64,000 nt of DNA from Candidatus Latescibacterota bacterium (GTDB taxonomy: Bacteria > Latescibacterota > UBA2968). The position numbers were made by a program, and so were the translations under genes. This document shows, in pieces, positions 56,995-64,000 of the stretch. Under the pieces are notes generated by a model that did not search any database, was not told the origin of the DNA, and worked only from the letters and a program-made list of their open reading frames with translations. The stretch is taken from NCBI GenBank assembly GCA_965204375.1, contig OZ241986.1:4896001-4960000 (forward strand), in the 5' to 3' direction. Each line of letters opens with the position of its first letter. Positions within the stretch are counted from its first letter, which is position 1.

Positions 56995-57270
56995 ATGGAC
57001 AAACTCAGTTCCGCCGTCGATTTTAGACCGCGCAGCCGTCAGCTTTACATGGGCGACATGCCCTGGCTCCCGCGCATTACGGATAAAGCCCGCGCCAAAT
57101 TGCGAGGCTGCATCGGTGACTATGTCTATCCGTGACCCGCTGACAGAAAGTTCCTGGAGGAACTTGGGGTTGAAGCTGAAGAATTTACGAACATCGTCGC
57201 GTCCAGCCCGACCGATGCCGAAGTCATCGAAAAAGTAAAACCCATCTGGGACAAGTCGCATTCTGAGTAA
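56995..57270 (+). CDS. DUF5069-like small protein with in-frame TGA (probable selenocysteine), 91 aa; absent from the ORF track
   Basis: RBS AAGGAGG. Reads MDKLSSAVDFRPRSRQLYMGDMPWLPRITDKARAKLRGCIGDYVYP-TGA(57133)-PADRKFLEELGVEAEEFTNIVASSPTDAEVIEKVKPIWDKSHSE*, and a terminator follows. Confidence 0.8.
57136..57170 (+). other. Bacterial SECIS-like stem-loop
   Basis: AAGTTCC-TGGA-GGAACTT (57148-57165) starts 12 nt after the TGA and has G in the apical loop. A lower ccc/ggg stem is possible. Confidence 0.7.
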
Positions 57271-57274
57271 CAAC

Positions 57275-57308
57275 AAAAAAGCCGCCACATAATGTGGCGG
57301 CTTTTTTT
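57275..57308. terminator. Bidirectional intrinsic terminator
   Basis: aaaaaagccgccacat / atgtggcggctttttt. Confidence 0.9.
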
Positions 57309-57327
57309 ATTGGAAAGTCAGCACTTA

Positions 57328-59013
57328 TCAGGCGCGGAACAACTCGCCCATGCGCCTGCCTAAAAATCGCCCGGCCAAAAACAAACTCACAATCAACAAC
57401 ACCATACCAAAAACACCCATTGCACTGGCCAAATACGCGCCATCTGCAATGCGCCCCATAAGCGCGTAAATCGCTTTTGTGATGGGATAGTATTCGTCTT
57501 TGAGCGCCAAAATCAAACTATCGCTCACCTCGAGCATTGCAAACGCAAAACACAAAATACCGCCAGCCACCAGATTGGCTAAAATCAGCGGAAATGTAAT
57601 TTGAAAAAGCGTGCGCAACCGGGAAGCCCCTAAATTTTGAGCCGCCTCTTCCAGCGTCACACTCGTCTGCTGAAATCCCGCATACGCCGCGCGCACCATA
57701 TAGGGCAACCGCCGCACCGCATAGGCTATGACCAGCAGTGGCACGGGATAGTGCCGCGCATCCAAAAAAGTACCCGAATACCCCGCCAGATACCCAAAAG
57801 CCAGCACCAGACCGGGCAGAGCTAAGGGCAACATCGCCATCGCATCTAAAACGCCCTTATACGGGATGCGGGTGCGCGTCAACAAATAGGCAATGGCAAT
57901 ACCCAGAACAATATCCAGCGTCGTACTCAACACACTCAATATCAGACTCATCTCAATGCTGGACAGAGACATCGGATGCTCAAAAACCATCGTATAAAAT
58001 CGCCCGGTCGTCTCCTGGGGCAGCACAGCCATAAACCAGCGCTCGGCAATAGACGTCAAAAACACACTCAGATGCGGAATCAGAGCAATGCCCGTAAGCG
58101 ACAACATCGCGGCGTAAATCAACACAGTCATCCCGCGAGAAGCGGGGCGCGATCCCGAACTGATATACCCTCGCGCAATCATCTCATAGCGGCGATTGCC
58201 CAGCGTCGCCTTTGACAGATAAAAGAAAAAGACCGTCAACAGCAACACGAAAACAACGAGCGCGTAAGCCATCGGATTTTCGTTAATATCCTCAATAGAA
58301 TTGAAAATCTCGACCGCTACGACCTGGCGATAATTGAAAATAAGCGGCGTTCCCAAATCGGTAAACGCCCAGATAAAAACAATAATCGCCCCGGCAAAAT
58401 AGCCCGGCAACATCAGTGGAAATGTCACCGTGCGAAAAAGGCGAAACCCGCTACTGCCCATATTGCGCGCCGCCTCTTCCAGGCTCGGATCGACATTGGC
58501 AAGAGCAGCGGCCACATTGAGATACATAATGGGATAGAGATGCAGCACCTCTAAAATCACCACGCCCACAAAACCACCACCGCCAAACCAATCTACCGGC
58601 TGATCGATAAGTCCCAAATCCAGAAGCAGCAAATTGATAGAACCAAAACGCGCAAACATCTGCTTCATGCCAATCGCCCCTACAAACGGGGGCAAAACCA
58701 TCGGCACCAGAATCAAACCATTGAGAAATCCTTTGCCCGCAAAATTGTATCGCACCAGCAAAAACGCCAGAGGCAAGCTGAGCAACGTAGTCGCAATGGT
58801 CGTAATCATCCCCAGCCGAAAACTATTGAGAATGGCTTCCTGATAGACCGGACTCGTCACCATTAACTCGTAAAACGCAAACGTAAACCTGCCATCGACC
58901 ACCAGCGACTGCACAAAGGCATACCAAAGGGGATAAAACAAAAACAAGGCAAAAAAGCCGATCAACCCCACCAAAAAAATGAGCGTGGGCAAATTGAGAT
59001 CAAACCGCCTCAT
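57328..59013 (-). CDS. ABC transporter permease (FbpB/ThiP-type, duplicated TM domain)
   Basis: Two EAA loops (LEEAARNMG, LEEAAQNLG) and multiple TM helices. Confidence 0.92.
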   Translation of the reverse strand: MRRFDLNLPTLIFLVGLIGFFALFLFYPLWYAFVQSLVVDGRFTFAFYELMVTSPVYQEAILNSFRLGMITTIATTLLSLPLAFLLVRYNFAGKGFLNGLILVPMVLPPFVGAIGMKQMFARFGSINLLLLDLGLIDQPVDWFGGGGFVGVVILEVLHLYPIMYLNVAAALANVDPSLEEAARNMGSSGFRLFRTVTFPLMLPGYFAGAIIVFIWAFTDLGTPLIFNYRQVVAVEIFNSIEDINENPMAYALVVFVLLLTVFFFYLSKATLGNRRYEMIARGYISSGSRPASRGMTVLIYAAMLSLTGIALIPHLSVFLTSIAERWFMAVLPQETTGRFYTMVFEHPMSLSSIEMSLILSVLSTTLDIVLGIAIAYLLTRTRIPYKGVLDAMAMLPLALPGLVLAFGYLAGYSGTFLDARHYPVPLLVIAYAVRRLPYMVRAAYAGFQQTSVTLEEAAQNLGASRLRTLFQITFPLILANLVAGGILCFAFAMLEVSDSLILALKDEYYPITKAIYALMGRIADGAYLASAMGVFGMVLLIVSLFLAGRFLGRRMGELFRA

Positions 59014-60097
59014 CGCGGTCCTCCGATTCATCGCGCAACACAACCACCTGCTGCTTCGAAAACCCCAGTCGCACCTCATCACCGGGTTGTGCGTGCTGCA
59101 TAGTCGCGCCGTACTTAATCAGTTTGATCTGATCGCCGCTCGCCAATTCAACAAAAAATTGCTCAACTTCACCCAGATAAATCGCACGCCGCACGCGCCC
59201 AAAAATGACATTATCCGCCGTCATAGCTTCATCCGAAAGAAAGTCCATTGCCTCGGGCCGAATCGCGCACAACACCTGATCCCCCACCTGAACACCCTCA
59301 TATCCCGCGTGTCCGTGAATATCTCCCACATCTGTTGCAACGATCACCTCGGATCCCACAGATTTTATCTCCCCAGAAATCAAATTGATCTCGCCAATAA
59401 AATCCGCGACAAAGCGGGTGATCGGTTGCCTGTAAACATCCCGAGGCGTACCGATTTGCGCCACCTTGCCCATCTGCATAACCGCAATGCGCGCGCCCAT
59501 TGCCAGCGCTTCTTTTTGATCGTGTGTCACATAAATCATTGTAACACCCAAAGTGCGCTGCAAATCCTGTAACTGCTCGCGCATCTCCAACCGCAACCGC
59601 GCATCCAGATTGGAAAGTGGCTCATCCAGCAGCACAACACCCGGTTCTATGACCAGTGCCCGCGCCAGTGCCACGCGCTGTTGCTGCCCCCCCGAAAGCT
59701 GATTGGGCGACCGCTCGGCATAACCGCTCATCTGAACCATTTCCAGAGCGCGCCTCACTTTTTGGTCGCGTTCGTGCTGCGACATATTGCGCATGGTGAG
59801 GCCGTATTCCACATTTTTCCAGACCGTCATGTGAGGCCACAACGCATAATTCTGAAACACCATACCCGTATTGCGCTCGTGCGGAGGCACAGGCGTCACA
59901 TCGCGTTCATCAAAAATCACCCGACCACTCTCGGGCTGCTCAAAACCTGCCAAAATGCGCAACAACGTGGTTTTGCCACAACCAGAGGGACCCAGCAAAA
60001 AAAAGAACTCCCCTGCGTCAATTTCCAGATTGATGCGATCCAATGCCAGAACATTGTCAAAACGCTTGGTCACATTTTCCAGCCTGATTCCGAACAT
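59000..60097 (-). CDS. ABC transporter ATP-binding protein (FbpC/PotA-type)
   Basis: Motifs GPSGCGKTT, LSGGQQQR, LLDEP and THDQ, with a TOBE-like C-terminus. Confidence 0.95.
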   Translation of the reverse strand: MFGIRLENVTKRFDNVLALDRINLEIDAGEFFFLLGPSGCGKTTLLRILAGFEQPESGRVIFDERDVTPVPPHERNTGMVFQNYALWPHMTVWKNVEYGLTMRNMSQHERDQKVRRALEMVQMSGYAERSPNQLSGGQQQRVALARALVIEPGVVLLDEPLSNLDARLRLEMREQLQDLQRTLGVTMIYVTHDQKEALAMGARIAVMQMGKVAQIGTPRDVYRQPITRFVADFIGEINLISGEIKSVGSEVIVATDVGDIHGHAGYEGVQVGDQVLCAIRPEAMDFLSDEAMTADNVIFGRVRRAIYLGEVEQFFVELASGDQIKLIKYGATMQHAQPGDEVRLGFSKQQVVVLRDESEDRDEAV

Positions 60098-60109
60098 ATC
60101 TCACTCTTT

Positions 60110-61513
60110 TTAATTTCTGCGTAAACGCCACAAATAAGCCACCACACAGCCAGCAATACCCAGGGGGAAAAACAGAGTAATCGCATTGGTAATACGCACA
60201 GACAAAGGCAAATCGCGAGCACCGTATTTGCCGCGCGCAAAATCCGTCCAATCAGCCATCGTGCGATTGCGTACCTCGGCATCTCCCCACAACTGCTCCA
60301 ACTTCAGTGCTTCAGCCTCAGAAATAGGTACAGATGACAGCTTCTTGCGTTCTTCTTCTGACACGCCATCTGTCATCGCGTCCTTATAGGCAGCTTGCAA
60401 TGCCCGCTGTGAGTCAATGACCATCACGCCGATCAAATCGTTCAACACGCGCCAGCGCCCGCTACCCAGTTCAGCATCATATATCAAATCGGAACGCCAT
60501 TCAAAGGGATTTAACGTCACCGCAGCATCACTTTGATAGCGCGTGTACAGATCTGGCAATACGGTAAATCGGTTCAACTGCTTAACGACAGGACCGCCCG
60601 GCACGCCCTTTTTCAAAAACCAGAGCTTCTGCCCCGCATCGGACATCACAAACTCCAAAAATACCTGTGCCACCTCTATGTTTGGCGCACCCTTTAATAT
60701 GGCGATGCCATCGGGATTGACAATGGTCAAATTATCGGGCATCACAAAGCCCACGTATTCATCACCCACTTCTGCGACTTGTGCCCAGGCATAAAAGTCG
60801 ATAGACAAACCATAAGCCACTTCGCCCACAGCGACTTCCCTGGGGGCATAAGAGCCACCTTGTCCAAAATTTCGCACATTGGCCCCCATTGTGGTAATCA
60901 CTTCCCATCCTCTTTCCCAGCCATAAGCCTGCAAAATCAATTCATAAGCCATGTGAACGCTGCCACTCTTGCGCGGATCGCCCGAACCAACCCACGAAAA
61001 CAATTCCGGCGCGCCCAAATCTGCCCAGGTTTGGGGGAGGGGTAAATTCAAAATTTCAATCACGCGCCGATTATACACAATGCCAAAACCCGACAGCGTT
61101 GCACCATACCATTGATAGGCCGAATCATAAAGCGGAACCCCTCCAATTTGCGCGGGCAATCGATTGAGCGCGGCATCGGACAACCGATAGGGTAGGCACA
61201 GCCCGCGCTCAGACAAATCCACATAAGGCGCGGTGCCTCCGCCAAAAAAAATATCGATGCCAATGCCCTCTGGTGACCGCCCAAATTCCGATTTGATATA
61301 ACGCAAAATCGAACTCGTGCCTCCACCGATATCGAGCCACTCTACCCGCACATCTCGCCCTGTGGTCTCTTTATAAAAAGCCACAAAAGCCGACTCAAAC
61401 TCGTTTTGGATCTCATCTGAATGTGGCGACATCAACACCAACTGATCGGCATCACATGGCAAAACTATCAATCCGATAAGAGCAAAACAAAAAATGGCAT
61501 TGCAAGATTTCAT
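60110..61513 (-). CDS. ABC substrate-binding protein (FbpA/AfuA-like) with C-terminal TM anchor
   Basis: Signal peptide, DIFFGGG, DPRKSGS, NPDGIAILKGAPN and a hydrophobic C-tail followed by RLRRN. Confidence 0.85.
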   Translation of the reverse strand: MKSCNAIFCFALIGLIVLPCDADQLVLMSPHSDEIQNEFESAFVAFYKETTGRDVRVEWLDIGGGTSSILRYIKSEFGRSPEGIGIDIFFGGGTAPYVDLSERGLCLPYRLSDAALNRLPAQIGGVPLYDSAYQWYGATLSGFGIVYNRRVIEILNLPLPQTWADLGAPELFSWVGSGDPRKSGSVHMAYELILQAYGWERGWEVITTMGANVRNFGQGGSYAPREVAVGEVAYGLSIDFYAWAQVAEVGDEYVGFVMPDNLTIVNPDGIAILKGAPNIEVAQVFLEFVMSDAGQKLWFLKKGVPGGPVVKQLNRFTVLPDLYTRYQSDAAVTLNPFEWRSDLIYDAELGSGRWRVLNDLIGVMVIDSQRALQAAYKDAMTDGVSEEERKKLSSVPISEAEALKLEQLWGDAEVRNRTMADWTDFARGKYGARDLPLSVRITNAITLFFPLGIAGCVVAYLWRLRRN

Positions 61514-61594
61514 AACTGTTCACCCTGTATAACTTTAGCGCATAAACCGTATATAGTATGCCCTATCCGGTGTGTCAACGCCTTTTTGGTCCAC

Positions 61595-61624
61595 AAAAAA
61601 AGCACCCTGAATACAGGGTGCTTT
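61595..61624 (-). terminator. Intrinsic terminator after the Vgb-like gene
   Basis: aaagcaccctg / cagggtgcttt with an A-tract on the plus strand. Confidence 0.8.
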
Positions 61625-61689
61625 AACCTGAGTTATGACCTATCTCTGCTTGTCCTTAAAATCTGTTCTCCTGGCGATGGGATAAACAG

Positions 61690-62889
61690 CTAATTAGGCG
61701 TTTCAATCCGTACAATTCGATTCCCGGCTGAATCGACGACCCAGACAACAAAACCTGTGCGATCAACGCGTAAGTTTTTGACCTCAACATCATCATCGGA
61801 AATCTCATAGAGCGTAAACGTCGTATCTTGCAAACTAAAACTGGTCAGCCATCCCGACGATTGCCCACCGATCCAAACGCGATCATTCGAATCGACATGC
61901 AAAGCATGAGGCGATTGTATTTTTTCGGGAAACCGAAAATAGCGCGTTTGTTTGGAGACAAAATCAAACATGCCCAGCCTCGTCGAATCCGTATCCGTAA
62001 ACCACACCTTCCCCATTGAATCCAATCCCATTTGCCCAATTGCAAGACTATCACTTGGAAGCGCAAAGGTCGTAATCTCTTCGGTTTCGGGATCGAGTGC
62101 ACCCACCAGGCTTTGCTCGTGATCGACGAACCAGACCTGCCCACTGTTATCTATCTGAAGCGAACCAAGCGCGACATCGACATCTTGCTCACCAATTGAA
62201 AATTCTTCTATCGTCTCGGTGACGGGATCCAACCGGGCAATGCGATCAGCTGCACTCTCGATAAACCAGAGCTTCCATTGATCGTCAAATTTCAAACTCC
62301 TGGGCCGACTGCCCGGAGTCGGAATTGTAAACTCCTGAATATCATCGGAGAAGGGATCCAGGACGCCAATGCGGTTGGCGGCGATTTCTGAAAACCAGAC
62401 GTGTCCCTGGCTGTCGAGGGCAATACTGTGTGGTTGTGCACCCGGCGTGGTCAAAGAAAATCGGAGAATCATATCTGTGCGCGGCTCTAATCGGCCAATT
62501 GCATTGGCCCCCATCTCTGTGAACCATATATACCCTCGCGGGTCAATTGCCAGATCATTTGGCCGGCTATTCGCCGTCAAAAGCTCAAAAAATTCGACCC
62601 GAGGAAAAACTTCTTGCTCTTCGACTTCCTCGGTAATCGGCACGACGACTTCAGAGGTATCTCCCTGGTTATAAGCACCGGCAAAAATGATAAGATCTTT
62701 AAAATTAATCACGCCATCCGGGTGCAAATCATACTTCGCATCATATGAACCAAAGGCTTCGGTCAGAGCCAAAAGATCTTGCAGATCAACGACGCCGTTA
62801 TCGTCAAAATCAACATCGATATCTGATTGCGCGTATCCCGAAAGGGGAAAAAGCACGACCAGCATCATATAGACAACTTTTCGATACAT
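61690..62889 (-). CDS. Secreted Vgb (streptogramin lyase)-like beta-propeller with N-terminal paired EF-hand (dockerin-like) domain
   Basis: Signal peptide, DFDDNGVVDLQDLL...YDLHPDGVINFKDLI and repeated DxxGxxWFxExxANxIGxLDP blades. Confidence 0.85.
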   Translation of the reverse strand: MYRKVVYMMLVVLFPLSGYAQSDIDVDFDDNGVVDLQDLLALTEAFGSYDAKYDLHPDGVINFKDLIIFAGAYNQGDTSEVVVPITEEVEEQEVFPRVEFFELLTANSRPNDLAIDPRGYIWFTEMGANAIGRLEPRTDMILRFSLTTPGAQPHSIALDSQGHVWFSEIAANRIGVLDPFSDDIQEFTIPTPGSRPRSLKFDDQWKLWFIESAADRIARLDPVTETIEEFSIGEQDVDVALGSLQIDNSGQVWFVDHEQSLVGALDPETEEITTFALPSDSLAIGQMGLDSMGKVWFTDTDSTRLGMFDFVSKQTRYFRFPEKIQSPHALHVDSNDRVWIGGQSSGWLTSFSLQDTTFTLYEISDDDVEVKNLRVDRTGFVVWVVDSAGNRIVRIETPN

Positions 62890-63064
62890 TACGGCTCCAG
62901 AACAGCGGTGAATCTTCACAGATACATAATTTGCGCTTATAGAGGACCACTAATATCTAATATTTCCTAAAGAAATATATTTATGAAAATACACGCCCTC
63001 TGTCAAGCGTTTTCTACAATTTCAGGTGGTATAAATGCATTATTATACAATATATAGACACCTT

Positions 63065-64000
63065 TTACATCTCTCTCAGCATATCAATCGTCGTCGTTTT
63101 AATCATATCTTCACACGCCGCACTTATCATTAATGTTCCATAATACTTAAAAGCTTGTTCGACTTCGTATCCACCAACGGGATAGGCATCGGCAGTCGGA
63201 ACGTACCCAATACACCCATTGGTATATCCCAGTGCAATAGTTCTATCAAAAGGAGAATCATCATCTAAAAACAACTGGTAATCGACAAACATCTCCCCCG
63301 GATACCCCACCACTGCCATATCGCCAATGTGTATGGTCTGAATCTCAAACGACTCTGTTGGACTTCCGCCTCTTCTCGCAGCCTGCACATAATCCTTTGC
63401 CCACCCGACCATCCCTTCGTATTGTTGGCGGCGGCGGTAGGGCGTTATATTTTTATCTTCTCGCACGCGTTGCAAATTCGCTGTGGCATCTGCAAGTGCA
63501 CGCTCCGCTTCATCGACATTGGGTACCATAAGAGGTAATTCGACAACTCGATTATTCACCCCCAGAACATCGCCTTCTAACGTCTCGGCCTGCAATGCAG
63601 CCGTCACGGTTGCCGCGCCCAGGCGCGTGCCCAACAACTCGCACCCCTCAAACTTCCCGTCCTTTGGCGCACAGTTAATATCCCCACAACAACCCTGCAA
63701 AAACAGAGGCATTGCCAAATTATCCCGCACAAACTGCGCGGCATATCCCGGAAACTCTGCACTGATCGATAGCGCATTCAAATTCACGGGATGCGCCGCA
63801 GTCGCGAATACAACAGCCACAGGTACACCGCCTGCTGTATCTACGCGCACCACATCGACCCAGGGGGCTTCGGGACCTTTGGGATGATGCCCCAGCACGA
63901 TGCGTCCGTCGCGCATCTCTCTGCGGTTATGTGCAATGCGCACGGGTGCTCGCCCCTGCGAAAGCGATGCGGGTATCGCCCCTTCTGCCGCCATTTTAAT
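63065..64000 (-). CDS. Neutral/alkaline ceramidase-like protein (5' end outside the window)
   Basis: Motifs HNRR, AAHPV, SAEFPG, QGCCGDIN, PGEMF, GYTNG..GYVPT and GGYE. Confidence 0.8.
   Translation of the reverse strand: MKMAAEGAIPASLSQGRAPVRIAHNRREMRDGRIVLGHHPKGPEAPWVDVVRVDTAGGVPVAVVFATAAHPVNLNALSISAEFPGYAAQFVRDNLAMPLFLQGCCGDINCAPKDGKFEGCELLGTRLGAATVTAALQAETLEGDVLGVNNRVVELPLMVPNVDEAERALADATANLQRVREDKNITPYRRRQQYEGMVGWAKDYVQAARRGGSPTESFEIQTIHIGDMAVVGYPGEMFVDYQLFLDDDSPFDRTIALGYTNGCIGYVPTADAYPVGGYEVEQAFKYYGTLMISAACEDMIKTTTIDMLREM

Noticed and set aside
56992-57288. Minus-strand 98-aa ORF in the ORF track
   Set aside because: It is antisense to the TGA-containing gene, which has the RBS, family motif and terminator. 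Its start lies inside the terminator hairpin.
1-64000. tRNA, rRNA, prophage or intact IS elements
   Set aside because: I recognised no cloverleaf or rRNA-like segments, phage structural genes, or DDE/HUH transposases by eye. A tRNAscan/Infernal run would be needed to exclude small RNAs.

Overview
A bacterial chromosomal window that alternates catabolic and housekeeping genes with three accessory hot spots. The catabolic and housekeeping genes include an aldolase, a PhyH dioxygenase, a sialidase, class I fumarase, a nucleoside hydrolase, a transketolase-like enzyme, moaB, surE, pyrB, fused glyQS, rsmD and an ABC transporter. The hot spots lie at about 5.4-6.7 kb, 17.2-21.4 kb and 31.6-47.6 kb and hold defence genes, orphan antitoxins and many gene stumps. 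Secreted internalin-type LRR proteins with paired EF-hand (dockerin-like) tags, a GWxTD protein and PQQ-propeller and Rpn genes suggest a Latescibacterota/Gemmatimonadota/Poribacteria-like host-associated organism, possibly from a sponge; this is inference only. Main observations: (1) an unannotated 91-aa DUF5069-like gene at 56995-57270 has an in-frame TGA at the family's Cys position and a SECIS-like hairpin, so it is a probable selenoprotein missed by the ORF track. (2) Four secreted proteins share a dockerin-like tag, one also has a cohesin-like domain, and three of them form an operon with a twin-operator promoter. (3) An R-M-like methyltransferase appears to have had its specificity region replaced by a foreign TRD+HNH cassette, leaving the old C-terminus stranded downstream. 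(4) A repeated promoter/hairpin skeleton brackets swappable defence cargo, including a Gabija-like pair with a broken gajA. (5) A 69-aa peptide is paired with a ClpP-fold protease. I found no rRNA, tRNA, CRISPR array or intact transposase/integrase. All family assignments come from motif recognition by eye, not from database searches.
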